From: a virus
Length of the DNA: 64,000 nt
Direction: 5' to 3' (one strand)
Virus record (IMG/VR): IMGVR_UViG_3300028364_001588
Numbering within the stretch: the stretch's first letter is position 1; the number at the start of each line of letters is the position of its first letter. The position numbers and the translations under genes were made by a program. The notes under the pieces were generated by a model. The model saw only the letters and a list, made by a program, of their open reading frames with translations, had not been told where the DNA came from and ran no database searches. Of the stretch, positions 9,700 through 18,795 are shown one piece after another.

Positions 9700-10419
9700 T
9701 TATTTTTTCTCCTTATCTCCAACAAACAAATCCTCTATAAAAGAAGGGTTAACATCTCTAATAGATTTGAAGCTATGTTCAACTTCATCGTACTGATTAA
9801 ATGGGTGCTCTATTTTTATAATAGTTTTTCCTTTTGGTACATTTTGAATAACTTCAGGAACACAATCAATTATAATATCACAATAATCCCATTTTTCATA
9901 ATCCTCTTGAATGAATGCTATGTTTCTAACTCTACACGCATTCTTTGCAAGGAAGTGAAATGTAGCTGGAATCGCTTTACTATCTGTATTAGATATAAGA
10001 ATTGTTTTATAAAGATTATTTTGAAGCCCGTAAGCCTGAATTCTGTTTAGCGCATCTGAAGCTCCTTCATACTCATCAGCGTCTCCATATATCTTGAAGG
10101 GCTTGATGTTGTTCATGAAGTTTAAAAGAGCCTCTTCTGGTGATAATACAGTTTCTCCATCAAGAGCAATTTCCTCTCCGAACTTGTAGTGGTTGTTCAA
10201 GTTGTATGTATTAACTGGAAGAGATATAAGCTCTTTCTCTTGAAGGTTTATTCTTTTTTCAAGATTTTCCAACTCTTCTTCAGTGTTCTCCTTTACAGTC
10301 ATATCTTTGTTCATCTCTACAAGAGATGGATTGTGGATATATTTACTTCTGTATTGTTTATCAAACGCACTATGAAGGTCTCTCAATACTCCGTCAATGC
10401 TAATTCCTAATGTTTTCAT
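9700..10419 (-). CDS. HAD-like 5'(3')-deoxyribonucleotidase-related protein
   Basis: GISIDGVLRD (motif I, first Asp replaced by Ser), DIIID, HPFN. Confidence 0.6.
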   Translation of the reverse strand: MKTLGISIDGVLRDLHSAFDKQYRSKYIHNPSLVEMNKDMTVKENTEEELENLEKRINLQEKELISLPVNTYNLNNHYKFGEEIALDGETVLSPEEALLNFMNNIKPFKIYGDADEYEGASDALNRIQAYGLQNNLYKTILISNTDSKAIPATFHFLAKNACRVRNIAFIQEDYEKWDYCDIIIDCVPEVIQNVPKGKTIIKIEHPFNQYDEVEHSFKSIRDVNPSFIEDLFVGDKEKK

Positions 10420-10465
10420 TTTCTAAATTTATAATGTCCTGGTAAATAGTTGTAGAAATTTAAAC

Positions 10466-10495
10466 AAAAAAAAGAGGAATATCAAATTCCTCTTT
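10466..10495 (-). terminator. Intrinsic terminator of the original A1-like gene 3' end
   Basis: AAAGAGGAAT/ATTCCTCTTT stem with U-run on minus, directly after the orphan IHFIRGGYTTFE* stop. Confidence 0.7.
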
Positions 10496-10499
10496 CATC

Positions 10500-10538
10500 T
10501 TATTCAAATGTTGTATATCCTCCACGTATGAAGTGTAT
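10500..10538 (-). pseudogene. Orphaned original 3' end of the A1-like gene (IHFIRGGYTTFE*)
   Basis: Translates to a near-copy of the current C-terminus IHFIRGCFTTLD* at 11426-11464. Confidence 0.8.
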
Positions 10539-10572
10539 TTATATAAATAAAATTTTTACCTATTTATAAATT

Positions 10573-11442
10573 ATGAAAACAAATAAGTTTATAGAAGAGT
10601 CGATTAAAATTCATGGAAATCGCTATAATTATAAAAACACAAAATACACAAACGCAAGAACTAAAATTAAAATAATTTGCCCAGAACACAATGAGTTTGA
10701 ACAGTTGCCTGGAAATCACAAAAGAGGTAATGGATGTCCTAAGTGTATTTATAACAAATTAACTAAAAAAGAAGTTTTAAAGCAATTTAAAAAAATACAT
10801 GGAGATAAATATGATTATTCTTTAATTGATTACAATGGAGATAATGTTAAAGTAAAAATAATTTGTTCAGAACATGGAGTATTTAAACAAGTTCCAGGAA
10901 TACACAAATTAGGTAGTGGTTGCAAAAAATGCGCTGGACTTGAGAAATTAGATAATGAAAAAGTGGTGGAGCAATTTAAAGAAACACATGGAGATAAATA
11001 TAATTATTCTTTAATTAACTATATTAATGCTCATACAAAAGTTAATATTATATGTCCAGAGCATGGAAGGTGGAGACAAACTCCAAATAATCATAAAAAC
11101 GGAAATGGGTGTCCTATATGTAAAGAATCTAAAGGAGAAAGAAAAATCAGAAATTTATTAAATGAAAATAAAGTCAATTTCATCTCGCAATATAAATTTA
11201 AAGATTGCAAAAATATATTGCAATTACCTTTCGATTTTTATTTACCAGAATATAATATATGCATTGAATACAATGGAATGCAACATTATAAACCAATTGA
11301 ACACTTTGGGGGTAGACTTGGTTTCAAAAAAAGAATTATTAATGATAATATAAAAAAAGGATATTGTGAAAAAAACAATATCCTTTTAATAACTATTAAC
11401 TACAACGAAGATGTAGAGAAAAAACTTAATCTAAAGTGGTAA
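10573..11442 (+). CDS. Free-standing homing-endonuclease-like protein (3 zinc-finger repeats plus Vsr/PD-(D/E)xK domain)
   Basis: Three IICxEHxxxxQxPxxHKxGxGCxxC repeats; FDFYLP..ICIEYNG.QHY nuclease motif; opposite strand to neighbours; own TATTTAT at 10561. Confidence 0.8.
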   Translation: MKTNKFIEESIKIHGNRYNYKNTKYTNARTKIKIICPEHNEFEQLPGNHKRGNGCPKCIYNKLTKKEVLKQFKKIHGDKYDYSLIDYNGDNVKVKIICSEHGVFKQVPGIHKLGSGCKKCAGLEKLDNEKVVEQFKETHGDKYNYSLINYINAHTKVNIICPEHGRWRQTPNNHKNGNGCPICKESKGERKIRNLLNENKVNFISQYKFKDCKNILQLPFDFYLPEYNICIEYNGMQHYKPIEHFGGRLGFKKRIINDNIKKGYCEKNNILLITINYNEDVEKKLNLKW

Positions 11443-13051
11443 AACACCCTCGTATAAAGTGTATCTGCTGGGCTTTTCCATCTGAGTGAATAATTGAGTG
11501 TGATTGCAACCACGGGCTTGCTCCAATATTATATCCAACTCTAAGAATTGTAGAAGTTCCTACTTGAATTACTCCATCCATACGGCCTGGAGAGTGTGAA
11601 TGTCCAATAATCATTTTTGTACTCAACTTTCTAAACTGAACAATTGACCCACGACTACCTGAAGCTCCGATGTCTCCATGTTGTCCAACTTCCCATTCAT
11701 GAATTCTATGAGTGTGGCTTCTGCCCAGTGTAATGAAATTAGGAAACTTTTCGTTAATCAAATAAGGAATAACTCCATCTGGAGCATCTTCCCCAAGCAA
11801 CAAAGCCGCATAGTTCATGTAACAAAGAGAGTTTTTCATTGTTGACTCTTTTCTCCAATCAACATCTCTAAGCCATCTGTCAAGGAAATCATCATGATTA
11901 CTTCTAACTATGACTGTCTTATATTCTCTGAATGCCTCAAGGCCATCAAGCATAAAATCAATCTCTTTTTTAAGGTCGTTCTTTCCAGAGATTTCCTTTT
12001 TGTATTGAGCAAACGCATCCTTTCTGTCGTGATGACTAATAGAGTGTCCGTCAAAAACATCATGAAGAACTACCTCTTTAGGCTTCAGCTTTTTAAACAA
12101 AACATTTAAAGTTGTATTCATTACATCTTTATCTGTTTCGCCAAAGTGAATATCCCCAAGAATAGCGCCATCAATAGACTTATTTCTCTTTATAACTGTT
12201 TTACCAATCAACTCTTCTCCTTGAAATGTTAGGCCAGGTATTAAATCAACCTCTTCATAACCACCATCAAAAGACACATTATAATAAAGGTCGTTAAAAT
12301 TACCATCTTCCGTTGCAGTGACTTGCCTTGTGTAAAAAACTTCTTCATCTTTAATCTCAACAACAACAAAACCAAGGGTGTGGTGAAACTCTCCTTTCTT
12401 TCCTGCTTTTGAGTCTGTATAATTTTCTAAAGTTACAGCTCCAGTTGTCATCATCATCTTTGGTGCTGTACCTTCTAATGCAGAAACCATTTTCATTTGC
12501 ATCTTAGGGTGTCCAAATATAGATGATTCTGGTCCAGAAAAACCTTCCAATGCTGTCATTGGGTTTGTGGCTGTAGGAGAAATTTTGACATCACCACAAA
12601 CAATCAATCGCTTGTGAGCATTTTGTCTTGCGGCAAATAAATAAGGCTCTACTCTTGAGTGCCATGATTCAAAATCTTTATCATCAAATACAGATGTTGG
12701 ATTTTTGTATCTACCAGCTATTATATGAACTTCTGCGTTAATCTCTTTTGCATAAGCTTCGATATTTCTAAGAAACACTTCGTGTACTGGAGTGTTGTTT
12801 TGTGCCCATGTAAATATGAATCTCTTAGATTTTTTGCTAATCTTTTTCTTTTTAGCTTTTTTGAACTGGGGTGAATCCTCAGTAGCAGTTTTTTTAATTC
12901 CAAGCTTTACAAGCCAGTTTCGAGTTGTTTTTTCGCCTTTTCCGAAAAATTGCATTAACTCACTTATCCTTTCGTCATAAGCTAAATTGGATGAATAATA
13001 AATCTCCTTCGCATGAAGAATATCATCCTCTGTTAGTTTTTTGAATTTCAT
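11426..13051 (-). CDS. T5 A1-like metallophosphoesterase/nuclease (likely start MKFKK at 13051)
   Basis: AQNNT, GHPK, TTG..T..NY...KAG.K.EFHH, GDIH, HDVFDG.SISHH, SNHD, HGD.G..GSRGS and GHSHSP motifs as in T5 A1; extra N-terminal HTH-like segment. Confidence 0.75.
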   Translation of the reverse strand: MKFKKLTEDDILHAKEIYYSSNLAYDERISELMQFFGKGEKTTRNWLVKLGIKKTATEDSPQFKKAKKKKISKKSKRFIFTWAQNNTPVHEVFLRNIEAYAKEINAEVHIIAGRYKNPTSVFDDKDFESWHSRVEPYLFAARQNAHKRLIVCGDVKISPTATNPMTALEGFSGPESSIFGHPKMQMKMVSALEGTAPKMMMTTGAVTLENYTDSKAGKKGEFHHTLGFVVVEIKDEEVFYTRQVTATEDGNFNDLYYNVSFDGGYEEVDLIPGLTFQGEELIGKTVIKRNKSIDGAILGDIHFGETDKDVMNTTLNVLFKKLKPKEVVLHDVFDGHSISHHDRKDAFAQYKKEISGKNDLKKEIDFMLDGLEAFREYKTVIVRSNHDDFLDRWLRDVDWRKESTMKNSLCYMNYAALLLGEDAPDGVIPYLINEKFPNFITLGRSHTHRIHEWEVGQHGDIGASGSRGSIVQFRKLSTKMIIGHSHSPGRMDGVIQVGTSTILRVGYNIGASPWLQSHSIIHSDGKAQQIHFIRGCFTTLD

Positions 13052-13116
13052 AAATTGTTGTCTTATTATTTCTTCTAAGTGCAAATTAAAGAAAAAAAAG
13101 GCAACCAAACAAATAT

Positions 13117-13940
13117 TTATCTACTTTTTAAAATCTTAACCCACTCATCAAGACTCTTTTCTGGTCTCCAATTCAGAACTTTCTCTGTATCTGAGGGAAA
13201 TTCTTCTGAAGTAAATCTTTCTCCTTTTCTTTCTGGAATCATGATTACATCATCACTAAATTTCTTGGCAAGTTCAATCAATTCAACATTTTGCCCAGAA
13301 CGAAGCATCCACTCTCTGTTTAAATTCATGTGAGTTGTCATCTCAACTCCACGAACAACGTCTTCAACGTGTGTAAAATCTCTTGATTGAGTTCCAGGAG
13401 AAACCACAGTAATTGGCCTGCCTTCTTTCATAATGTTTTTTGTCTGCGGAAACCCAATCATCACGAAGTGTGGTTGGGATGAGCAGGCCTCTTTTTGTTA
13501 GTATACGACAAATATACAAAAAAAATTTAATTAATTTCAAGTTTTCTTTTTTTTATCTGCACCACCATTTCCAAATTTAGAACTACTGGCTGAATAAATT
13601 ATTTTTGGCACCTTTTCTTTTACAGTATTCAATAACTTCAGATGTACCACGAAGATTTGATTTCATAACATACTCTATGTCATCAAAGCTTTTGACAATT
13701 CTTGAATATTCTCCAAGGTGATATACGATGTTTGGGTTAAACTGAGTTGTTACAAATCTAAGGTTTTATTTCCCAAGTATTTCCATGAACATAGTGAACG
13801 CCATCAATGTGATTATCTCTACTCCCTGTGAAGTAATTATCAAGAGCCATTATTTCAGCATAAGGATGCTCTTCTTTTAAATGCTTTACCAAGTGAGTTC
13901 CTATAAACCCAGCCCCGCCCGTTACTAATATTTTATTCAT
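13117..13940 (-). pseudogene. NAD-dependent epimerase/dehydratase pseudogene
   Basis: VTGGAGFIG N-terminus; frameshift at ~13765 continuing YHLGEYSRI; second frameshift at ~13605 continuing IIYSASSSKFG; YxxxK region missing; C-terminal RDFTHVED domain intact from 13431. Confidence 0.85.
13436..13560 (-). promoter_or_regulatory. Promoter (TATATTTG 13509-13516) plus hairpin leader and new ATG, inserted in the epimerase pseudogene
   Basis: TTG..TATATTTG; hairpin at 13443-13487; flanked by GCAGAYAAAAAA direct repeats. Confidence 0.55.
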
Positions 13941-14970
13941 GTTCTAAATCATATTTAACCATTCTTTCAACAAGTTCGTCAAGGTCAACTTTTGCCTCCC
14001 ATCCAAGAACCGCTTTTGCCTTTGATGGGTCTCCAATTAACCTATCAACTTCTGCTGGTCTAAAATACCTTGGGTCCACCTCTACAAGCAGGTCTCCAGA
14101 TTCTTTGTCGTAACCTTTTTCATTCACACCCTCACCTCTCCATTCAATATCCCAACCAAGATGTTTAGCTGTCATCTCAATAAATGTACGAACTTTATAA
14201 GTTCTACCAGTTGCAAGAACAAAATCTTCTGGCTTATCCTGCTGCAACATTCTCCACATTCCCTCTACATACTCCTGAGCATGTCCCCAATCTCTTTCTG
14301 CCTCCATGTTGCCAATAGTCAAAACCTTACGCTTGCCTTTTTTGATTTGAGCCATGTTGGTTGTAATCTTTCTTGTAACGAATGTTTTACCTCTTCTCTC
14401 ACTTTCGTGATTAAACAAAATTCCATTGCATGCAAATAAATTATAGGATTCACGATAATTCTTGATTATCCAAAAACCATAAAGCTTAGCGCAGCCATAA
14501 GGGCTTCTTGGGTGCATCGGAGAGTTCTCGTCATAAAAACCTTCACTGTTCTTGTTATACTCAAGCCCTCCATATAATTCAGAGGTTGATGCTTGGTAAA
14601 ACTTAGCACCAGGACAATGCGCTCTCATTGCTTCAAGAATAGTAAGCGTTCCAAGTGCGTCTACATTTGCTGTATAGTGAGGTACTTCAAAAGAAACTGC
14701 AACATGCGATTGAGCTGCCAGGTTATATATCTCATCTGGCTGAGTCTCTGCAATAAGCCTCATAATGTTTGAGGGGTCTGTAACATCTCCGTGATGAAGA
14801 TGAAGTCGCTCGTGGTCCATTATGTGTTCAATTCTTTCTGTATTGAATGTACTTGCTCTTCTCATTGTTGCATGCACCTCATACCCTTTTTCTAAAAGAA
14901 GTTCCGCAAGGTAAGAACCATCTTGTCCTGTAACGCCCGTAACCAGGGCAATTTTGTTTTTTTCTATCAT
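13933..14970 (-). CDS. gmd: GDP-mannose 4,6-dehydratase
   Basis: [64 protein letters not shown]. Confidence 0.97.
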   Translation of the reverse strand: MIEKNKIALVTGVTGQDGSYLAELLLEKGYEVHATMRRASTFNTERIEHIMDHERLHLHHGDVTDPSNIMRLIAETQPDEIYNLAAQSHVAVSFEVPHYTANVDALGTLTILEAMRAHCPGAKFYQASTSELYGGLEYNKNSEGFYDENSPMHPRSPYGCAKLYGFWIIKNYRESYNLFACNGILFNHESERRGKTFVTRKITTNMAQIKKGKRKVLTIGNMEAERDWGHAQEYVEGMWRMLQQDKPEDFVLATGRTYKVRTFIEMTAKHLGWDIEWRGEGVNEKGYDKESGDLLVEVDPRYFRPAEVDRLIGDPSKAKAVLGWEAKVDLDELVERMVKYDLEHE

Positions 14971-15782
14971 ATTTCCCACTTATATTTGTATTGTTCCATT
15001 ATTCCTTTTTCGGGTGTAATCCATTTCAAAAAAGCAATTGTATCTTTTTTATCAAACCTTATTCTATTTCTACTTGTTACTGATGGTTTAAATCCTTTTT
15101 TATTTAATTTTTCTACTAAAAATTGATTATCTTCTTTTGTAAAAGAATCTGTGCATAAATAAACATTTCCATCAGTTGTATAACCGTCTCCAACAAACCA
15201 CCAATAGCAAGATTTTGGTGTAATCAAAATATCTCTTGGCACTATTTTTTCTTTTTTTGGATACCATCTTAAATTTTCACTCAATAAATCATGATACATA
15301 TTAGATTTGGAGTGATAACATTTTGTATGTTCGCTTTGCCAAATTGGACTAAAATCAATAGAATGTAATTCTTTAAAAATCTCTTCTGGAGTTTCTTTAA
15401 ACTTAAAGCCAAAAGTCAATCTTGCTGATATTCTTGATTTTTCAGATAAACACCCGTCACTTAGTAATAATCCATCTAAAACCTCTTTTTCTTCATTACT
15501 TAAATTACAGTACCTAAATTTAGAATCATCCCATTTACTTGATTCGCTCATTTTTTCTTTAGACTCTTCTGAATGACTTTTTCCATAAAAGGCGTTTAAA
15601 TCACCTTTTCTGCCCTTTTTTTTATTAACTTCATCTGAATACTTTCTACCCTCACCTTGTTGGCCATTATATCTTCCAGAACAAACTCTGGAGCAAAACT
15701 CTTTTTCTCTTTCTCTTTTTCTTTTGGGATTAAATTCAAACTCTTCATTACATAATTTGCATTTCTTTTTTTCCTTTTCCAT
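14967..15782 (-). CDS. LAGLIDADG homing endonuclease with zinc finger and NUMOD3 motif
   Basis: LDGLLLSDG and WWFVGDG motifs; [17 protein letters not shown] (NUMOD3); CxxC..FCSRVC; own TATTTAT at 15794-15800. Confidence 0.85.
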   Translation of the reverse strand: MEKEKKKCKLCNEEFEFNPKRKREREKEFCSRVCSGRYNGQQGEGRKYSDEVNKKKGRKGDLNAFYGKSHSEESKEKMSESSKWDDSKFRYCNLSNEEKEVLDGLLLSDGCLSEKSRISARLTFGFKFKETPEEIFKELHSIDFSPIWQSEHTKCYHSKSNMYHDLLSENLRWYPKKEKIVPRDILITPKSCYWWFVGDGYTTDGNVYLCTDSFTKEDNQFLVEKLNKKGFKPSVTSRNRIRFDKKDTIAFLKWITPEKGIMEQYKYKWEI

Positions 15783-15817
15783 AACTTTTTATTATAAATA
15801 GTTATAAAAATTTCTAT

Positions 15818-15859
15818 TCCAGCAATACCTGTTATAAATGCATTTTATATTCTTCGCAT
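15818..15859 (-). pseudogene. Decayed orphan 5' end of gmd (MRRI*NAFITGIAG)
   Basis: In-frame ATG, one TAA, then the Rossmann motif AFITGIAG ending just before the QDG of Gmd. Confidence 0.55.
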
Positions 15860-16131
15860 TTTAATTTTTCTCTTCTATAATAAAAATCGTTATCATATTC
15901 ATCTTTTATAAATTCTCCAACAGTTAAATTTGATAATCTAATTCCAATTGTAGGTGAATACATATAATTAAACAACATTTCTAAATTACTATTAGTTGCC
16001 TTCATAAATGATTCGATGTTTAATGTGGATTTAATTCTATTATAATAATCCTCTTTACCTTCAAACATTTTCTCGTTTACTATTTTTAACAACTCCGCTT
16101 CTACGTCTATACCATATTTTTTCATATCCAT
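15832..16131 (-). CDS. Hypothetical protein
   Basis: Coupled to the ColD stop codon. Confidence 0.5.
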   Translation of the reverse strand: MDMKKYGIDVEAELLKIVNEKMFEGKEDYYNRIKSTLNIESFMKATNSNLEMLFNYMYSPTIGIRLSNLTVGEFIKDEYDNDFYYRREKLKCEEYKMHL

Positions 16132-17312
16132 TACTTAATTGCGTCAGTTACTGTTTTACAAATAAACTCTATTTCCTTCTTGCCCATCTTAGGGTGATTA
16201 GGAACATAAATACCACAGTCATCGACTGTTTTTGCATTTAGAGTTTCGTGTCTACCATATCTTTTGATGAAGAAAGGTTGAGTTCCCATTGAGCCGCAGA
16301 TAAGTGGTCTACACTCAACATCAGCTTCAATAAGTGCTGCTACAGCTTTTTCTTTATCTTTCTTAGATTGGAATATCATTGGATAACAAAAAGATGCTGT
16401 GAATGAATCTTTGTGCTCTGTCGGCTTCCATATTTTCTTTTTCTTGTCGTATGATTTAATTGCATCCAAGAAGTAGTAGAAGTTTTCGTTTCTTGTATCA
16501 ATCATGTCATCAACTTTATCAAGCTGCTTAATTCCAATTACTGCCTGAAGGTCTGTTGACCTAAGATTGAATCCTGGCTCATAGAAAGTGTATAAGGCAG
16601 AGAATTCATCCACTCCCCACTTAGTTCTTAATCTTTGTTGAGTCGCTGAGTCAAGGTCTCTATCCCACCCATGACTTCTAAGCATTACAAGAAGGTCATA
16701 AACATCTTTATCGTTCGTACAAACCATTCCGCCCTCAATAGTACTCATTGTATGGCCGAAGTAAGTTGAAAACGATGACATCAATCCAAAGTTTCCAAGA
16801 CGAACTCCGTCAAACTCAGTTCCTTGAGATTCACAATTGTCTTCGAGAAGTTCAACTCCATAAGTTTTACAAAGTTCAACAATCTTATCCATATCTGGAG
16901 AAAGACCAAGAACTGAAACAAGAATCATTGCTGCAGGTTTGTGGTGTCTAAATATAGCTTCAAGTTGACTTACATCAACAGCAAGATTATTCATGTTACA
17001 ATCAACGATAAGAGGGTCGAATCCAAGTTGGATTACTGGAGCCATATCAGTTGCCCAAGCAAGAGCTGGAACCACCACTTTATTATTTCTTAGGTTACCC
17101 ATCACTTTAAGCGCATAAAGCATGAGAAGGTTCGCTGAAGAACCAGAGTTTACAAATACAGAATATTTACTACCAATCCATTTGGACCATTTCTCTTCAA
17201 ATTCTCTCGTTTTTGGTCCCATAGTCAAGCGGGGCGCTGGTTTTTGAGACAACCACTTTATAAGGTTTGCAATATCCTCATCATCTATTGTGTCTTTTAC
17301 TAATTTTATCAT
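16131..17312 (-). CDS. colD: ColD-type GDP-4-keto-6-deoxymannose 3-dehydratase (DegT/DnrJ PLP family; likely start 17312)
   Basis: VNSGSSANLL, EDNCES, STYFGHTMSTIEGG with His at the Schiff-base Lys position, RSHGWDR, GFNLR. Confidence 0.8.
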   Translation of the reverse strand: MIKLVKDTIDDEDIANLIKWLSQKPAPRLTMGPKTREFEEKWSKWIGSKYSVFVNSGSSANLLMLYALKVMGNLRNNKVVVPALAWATDMAPVIQLGFDPLIVDCNMNNLAVDVSQLEAIFRHHKPAAMILVSVLGLSPDMDKIVELCKTYGVELLEDNCESQGTEFDGVRLGNFGLMSSFSTYFGHTMSTIEGGMVCTNDKDVYDLLVMLRSHGWDRDLDSATQQRLRTKWGVDEFSALYTFYEPGFNLRSTDLQAVIGIKQLDKVDDMIDTRNENFYYFLDAIKSYDKKKKIWKPTEHKDSFTASFCYPMIFQSKKDKEKAVAALIEADVECRPLICGSMGTQPFFIKRYGRHETLNAKTVDDCGIYVPNHPKMGKKEIEFICKTVTDAIK

Positions 17313-17317
17313 AATTT

Positions 17318-17611
17318 TTATTTTTGATTTATAAACATATTTGCTATACACTTTGAAATAATATTCAAATTTTCTTTAAAGAAATCTTCACCTTCTGGAG
17401 AACTATTCCAAAACATAAATCCTGGAGTATTTTCAATTTTTTTCATTTGTTCTATATTTTTTTTTGACACCTCTTCATCAACTCTTAACTCTAAACAAAT
17501 ATTTTGTCCTAACTGAATTGTTCCTTGGTCGTCTTTTTTTAAATAACCAACCATACCAACTGGCATTTCTGTTTTAAAAACTTCTTTAAAATAAACCTCT
17601 CTTATTGTCAT
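17318..17611 (-). CDS. Hypothetical protein (possible cargo of the adjacent endonuclease insertion)
   Basis: Lies between the endonuclease gene and the replacement colD 5' end. Confidence 0.5.
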   Translation of the reverse strand: MTIREVYFKEVFKTEMPVGMVGYLKKDDQGTIQLGQNICLELRVDEEVSKKNIEQMKKIENTPGFMFWNSSPEGEDFFKENLNIISKCIANMFINQK

Positions 17612-18604
17612 TTATATTTCGTTTAATTTTTTATTTAACCCGTTCTTTATTAAAAAATTATTATAAGCATCTGCAGCTTCAATCTCTGTATCAAAAGTTC
17701 CAACATACTTATGTTTTCCATTATTCCAAACACTTGTCTCCCATTTATCTTTTTTAGCTCTATATGTTACTCCTGTGAATTGAGAGGAAAACTTCTTAGA
17801 GATGTCTATGCTCTTCCAGTCTTTTATGTTGTTTAATTTTGTCTCATCTCCATATAGCTCATAAGCTTTCTGGTTGTATGCAACAGCTGCATCAATTTCT
17901 TTTTTGAAGTGTCCAATAATAATCGACTCTCTATCAAACCTCAGCGTAGCTCTATAAAGCTTTTGAGTAGATATGTAGCTTACTCCTATAAAATTGGAAC
18001 TTGAACTGTCGTGTTTATAGCCAATTCCATTTTTAGAAATCTTGTCTTTAATCTCTTGACTATGTGTCCTGCCCAAATTTATCTCTCTCAATTTTTCTTT
18101 TGTCTCGTCAGACATCTCCCTGCCCTTATTTGCTTCAGAGATTTTCCTACTAATCTCCTTTTTCTTTTTCTCAGAGAAGTTAGAACGTGTCTTCATCATT
18201 TTCTTTTTCACCTCCTCTGGGGGCTTTCTTCCAAGAAGCTTTCCTTTGTTGCCTTTAGAAATTTTTCTCTTTGTTTCCTCCGATAAAATCCTTCCAGTAG
18301 CGCCTTCTCCTCCGTCTGTAGCATTAACCAAAATTCCTTTACTCTTATCCGCTCTTCCGAGTAATTTTATATAAAACTCCTCAGCGTAATTACATCTACC
18401 TTCACTCTCGCAAATTTTAACCAGTTTTATCTCTGGCAATAAACCTTCCTTTTTGAGAGACTTAATCCAGTTGGTCTTATGAGTTCTTGATGAGTCTTGC
18501 ATGTGCCCATTCATTAGTCTATAAGTTAACTTCTTAGTGGTTTTGCCCACGTATCTAACTTCTCCAGCCCTTGGGTCAATTAGAAAATAAATTTTGTATT
18601 CCAT
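17612..18604 (-). CDS. GIY-YIG-like homing endonuclease with NUMOD3 repeats and two AP2 domains
   Basis: IYFLIDPR..EVRYVGKT, N.TDGGEG, SEETKRKIS repeats, two FxGVxY...G.F..EI.AA.AYN AP2 domains; TATTTAT at 18609-18615. Confidence 0.85.
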   Translation of the reverse strand: MEYKIYFLIDPRAGEVRYVGKTTKKLTYRLMNGHMQDSSRTHKTNWIKSLKKEGLLPEIKLVKICESEGRCNYAEEFYIKLLGRADKSKGILVNATDGGEGATGRILSEETKRKISKGNKGKLLGRKPPEEVKKKMMKTRSNFSEKKKKEISRKISEANKGREMSDETKEKLREINLGRTHSQEIKDKISKNGIGYKHDSSSSNFIGVSYISTQKLYRATLRFDRESIIIGHFKKEIDAAVAYNQKAYELYGDETKLNNIKDWKSIDISKKFSSQFTGVTYRAKKDKWETSVWNNGKHKYVGTFDTEIEAADAYNNFLIKNGLNKKLNEI

Positions 18605-18637
18605 AACTATAAATAGCTAAAAAAACTAAATTATTAA

Positions 18638-18742
18638 CTAACCTTTTGTAAGTCTTGGGTAGGTTTTTAACCATTCGATTAAGTTGTCTACATCATCTTT
18701 GTCGATGGTGTCTTTTACGAGTGCAATTTTTTCTTTAGCCAT
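18638..18742 (-). pseudogene. Orphaned original 5' end of colD (34 aa)
   Basis: MAKEKIALVKDTIDKDDVDNLIEWLKTYPRLTKG* versus the intact MIKLVKDTIDDEDIANLIKWLSQKPAPRLTMG. Confidence 0.85.
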
Positions 18743-18795
18743 GTTTCATATCATTTTAATAATAATATGAAAATCATTTCAAATAATCAAGTGGT

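Noticed and set aside
17312-18742. Group I intron interrupting colD (exon ends in U, followed by UAG)
   Set aside because: No room or motifs for a P3-P9 core, no terminal G at the matching resume point, and the downstream gene has its own full N-terminus.
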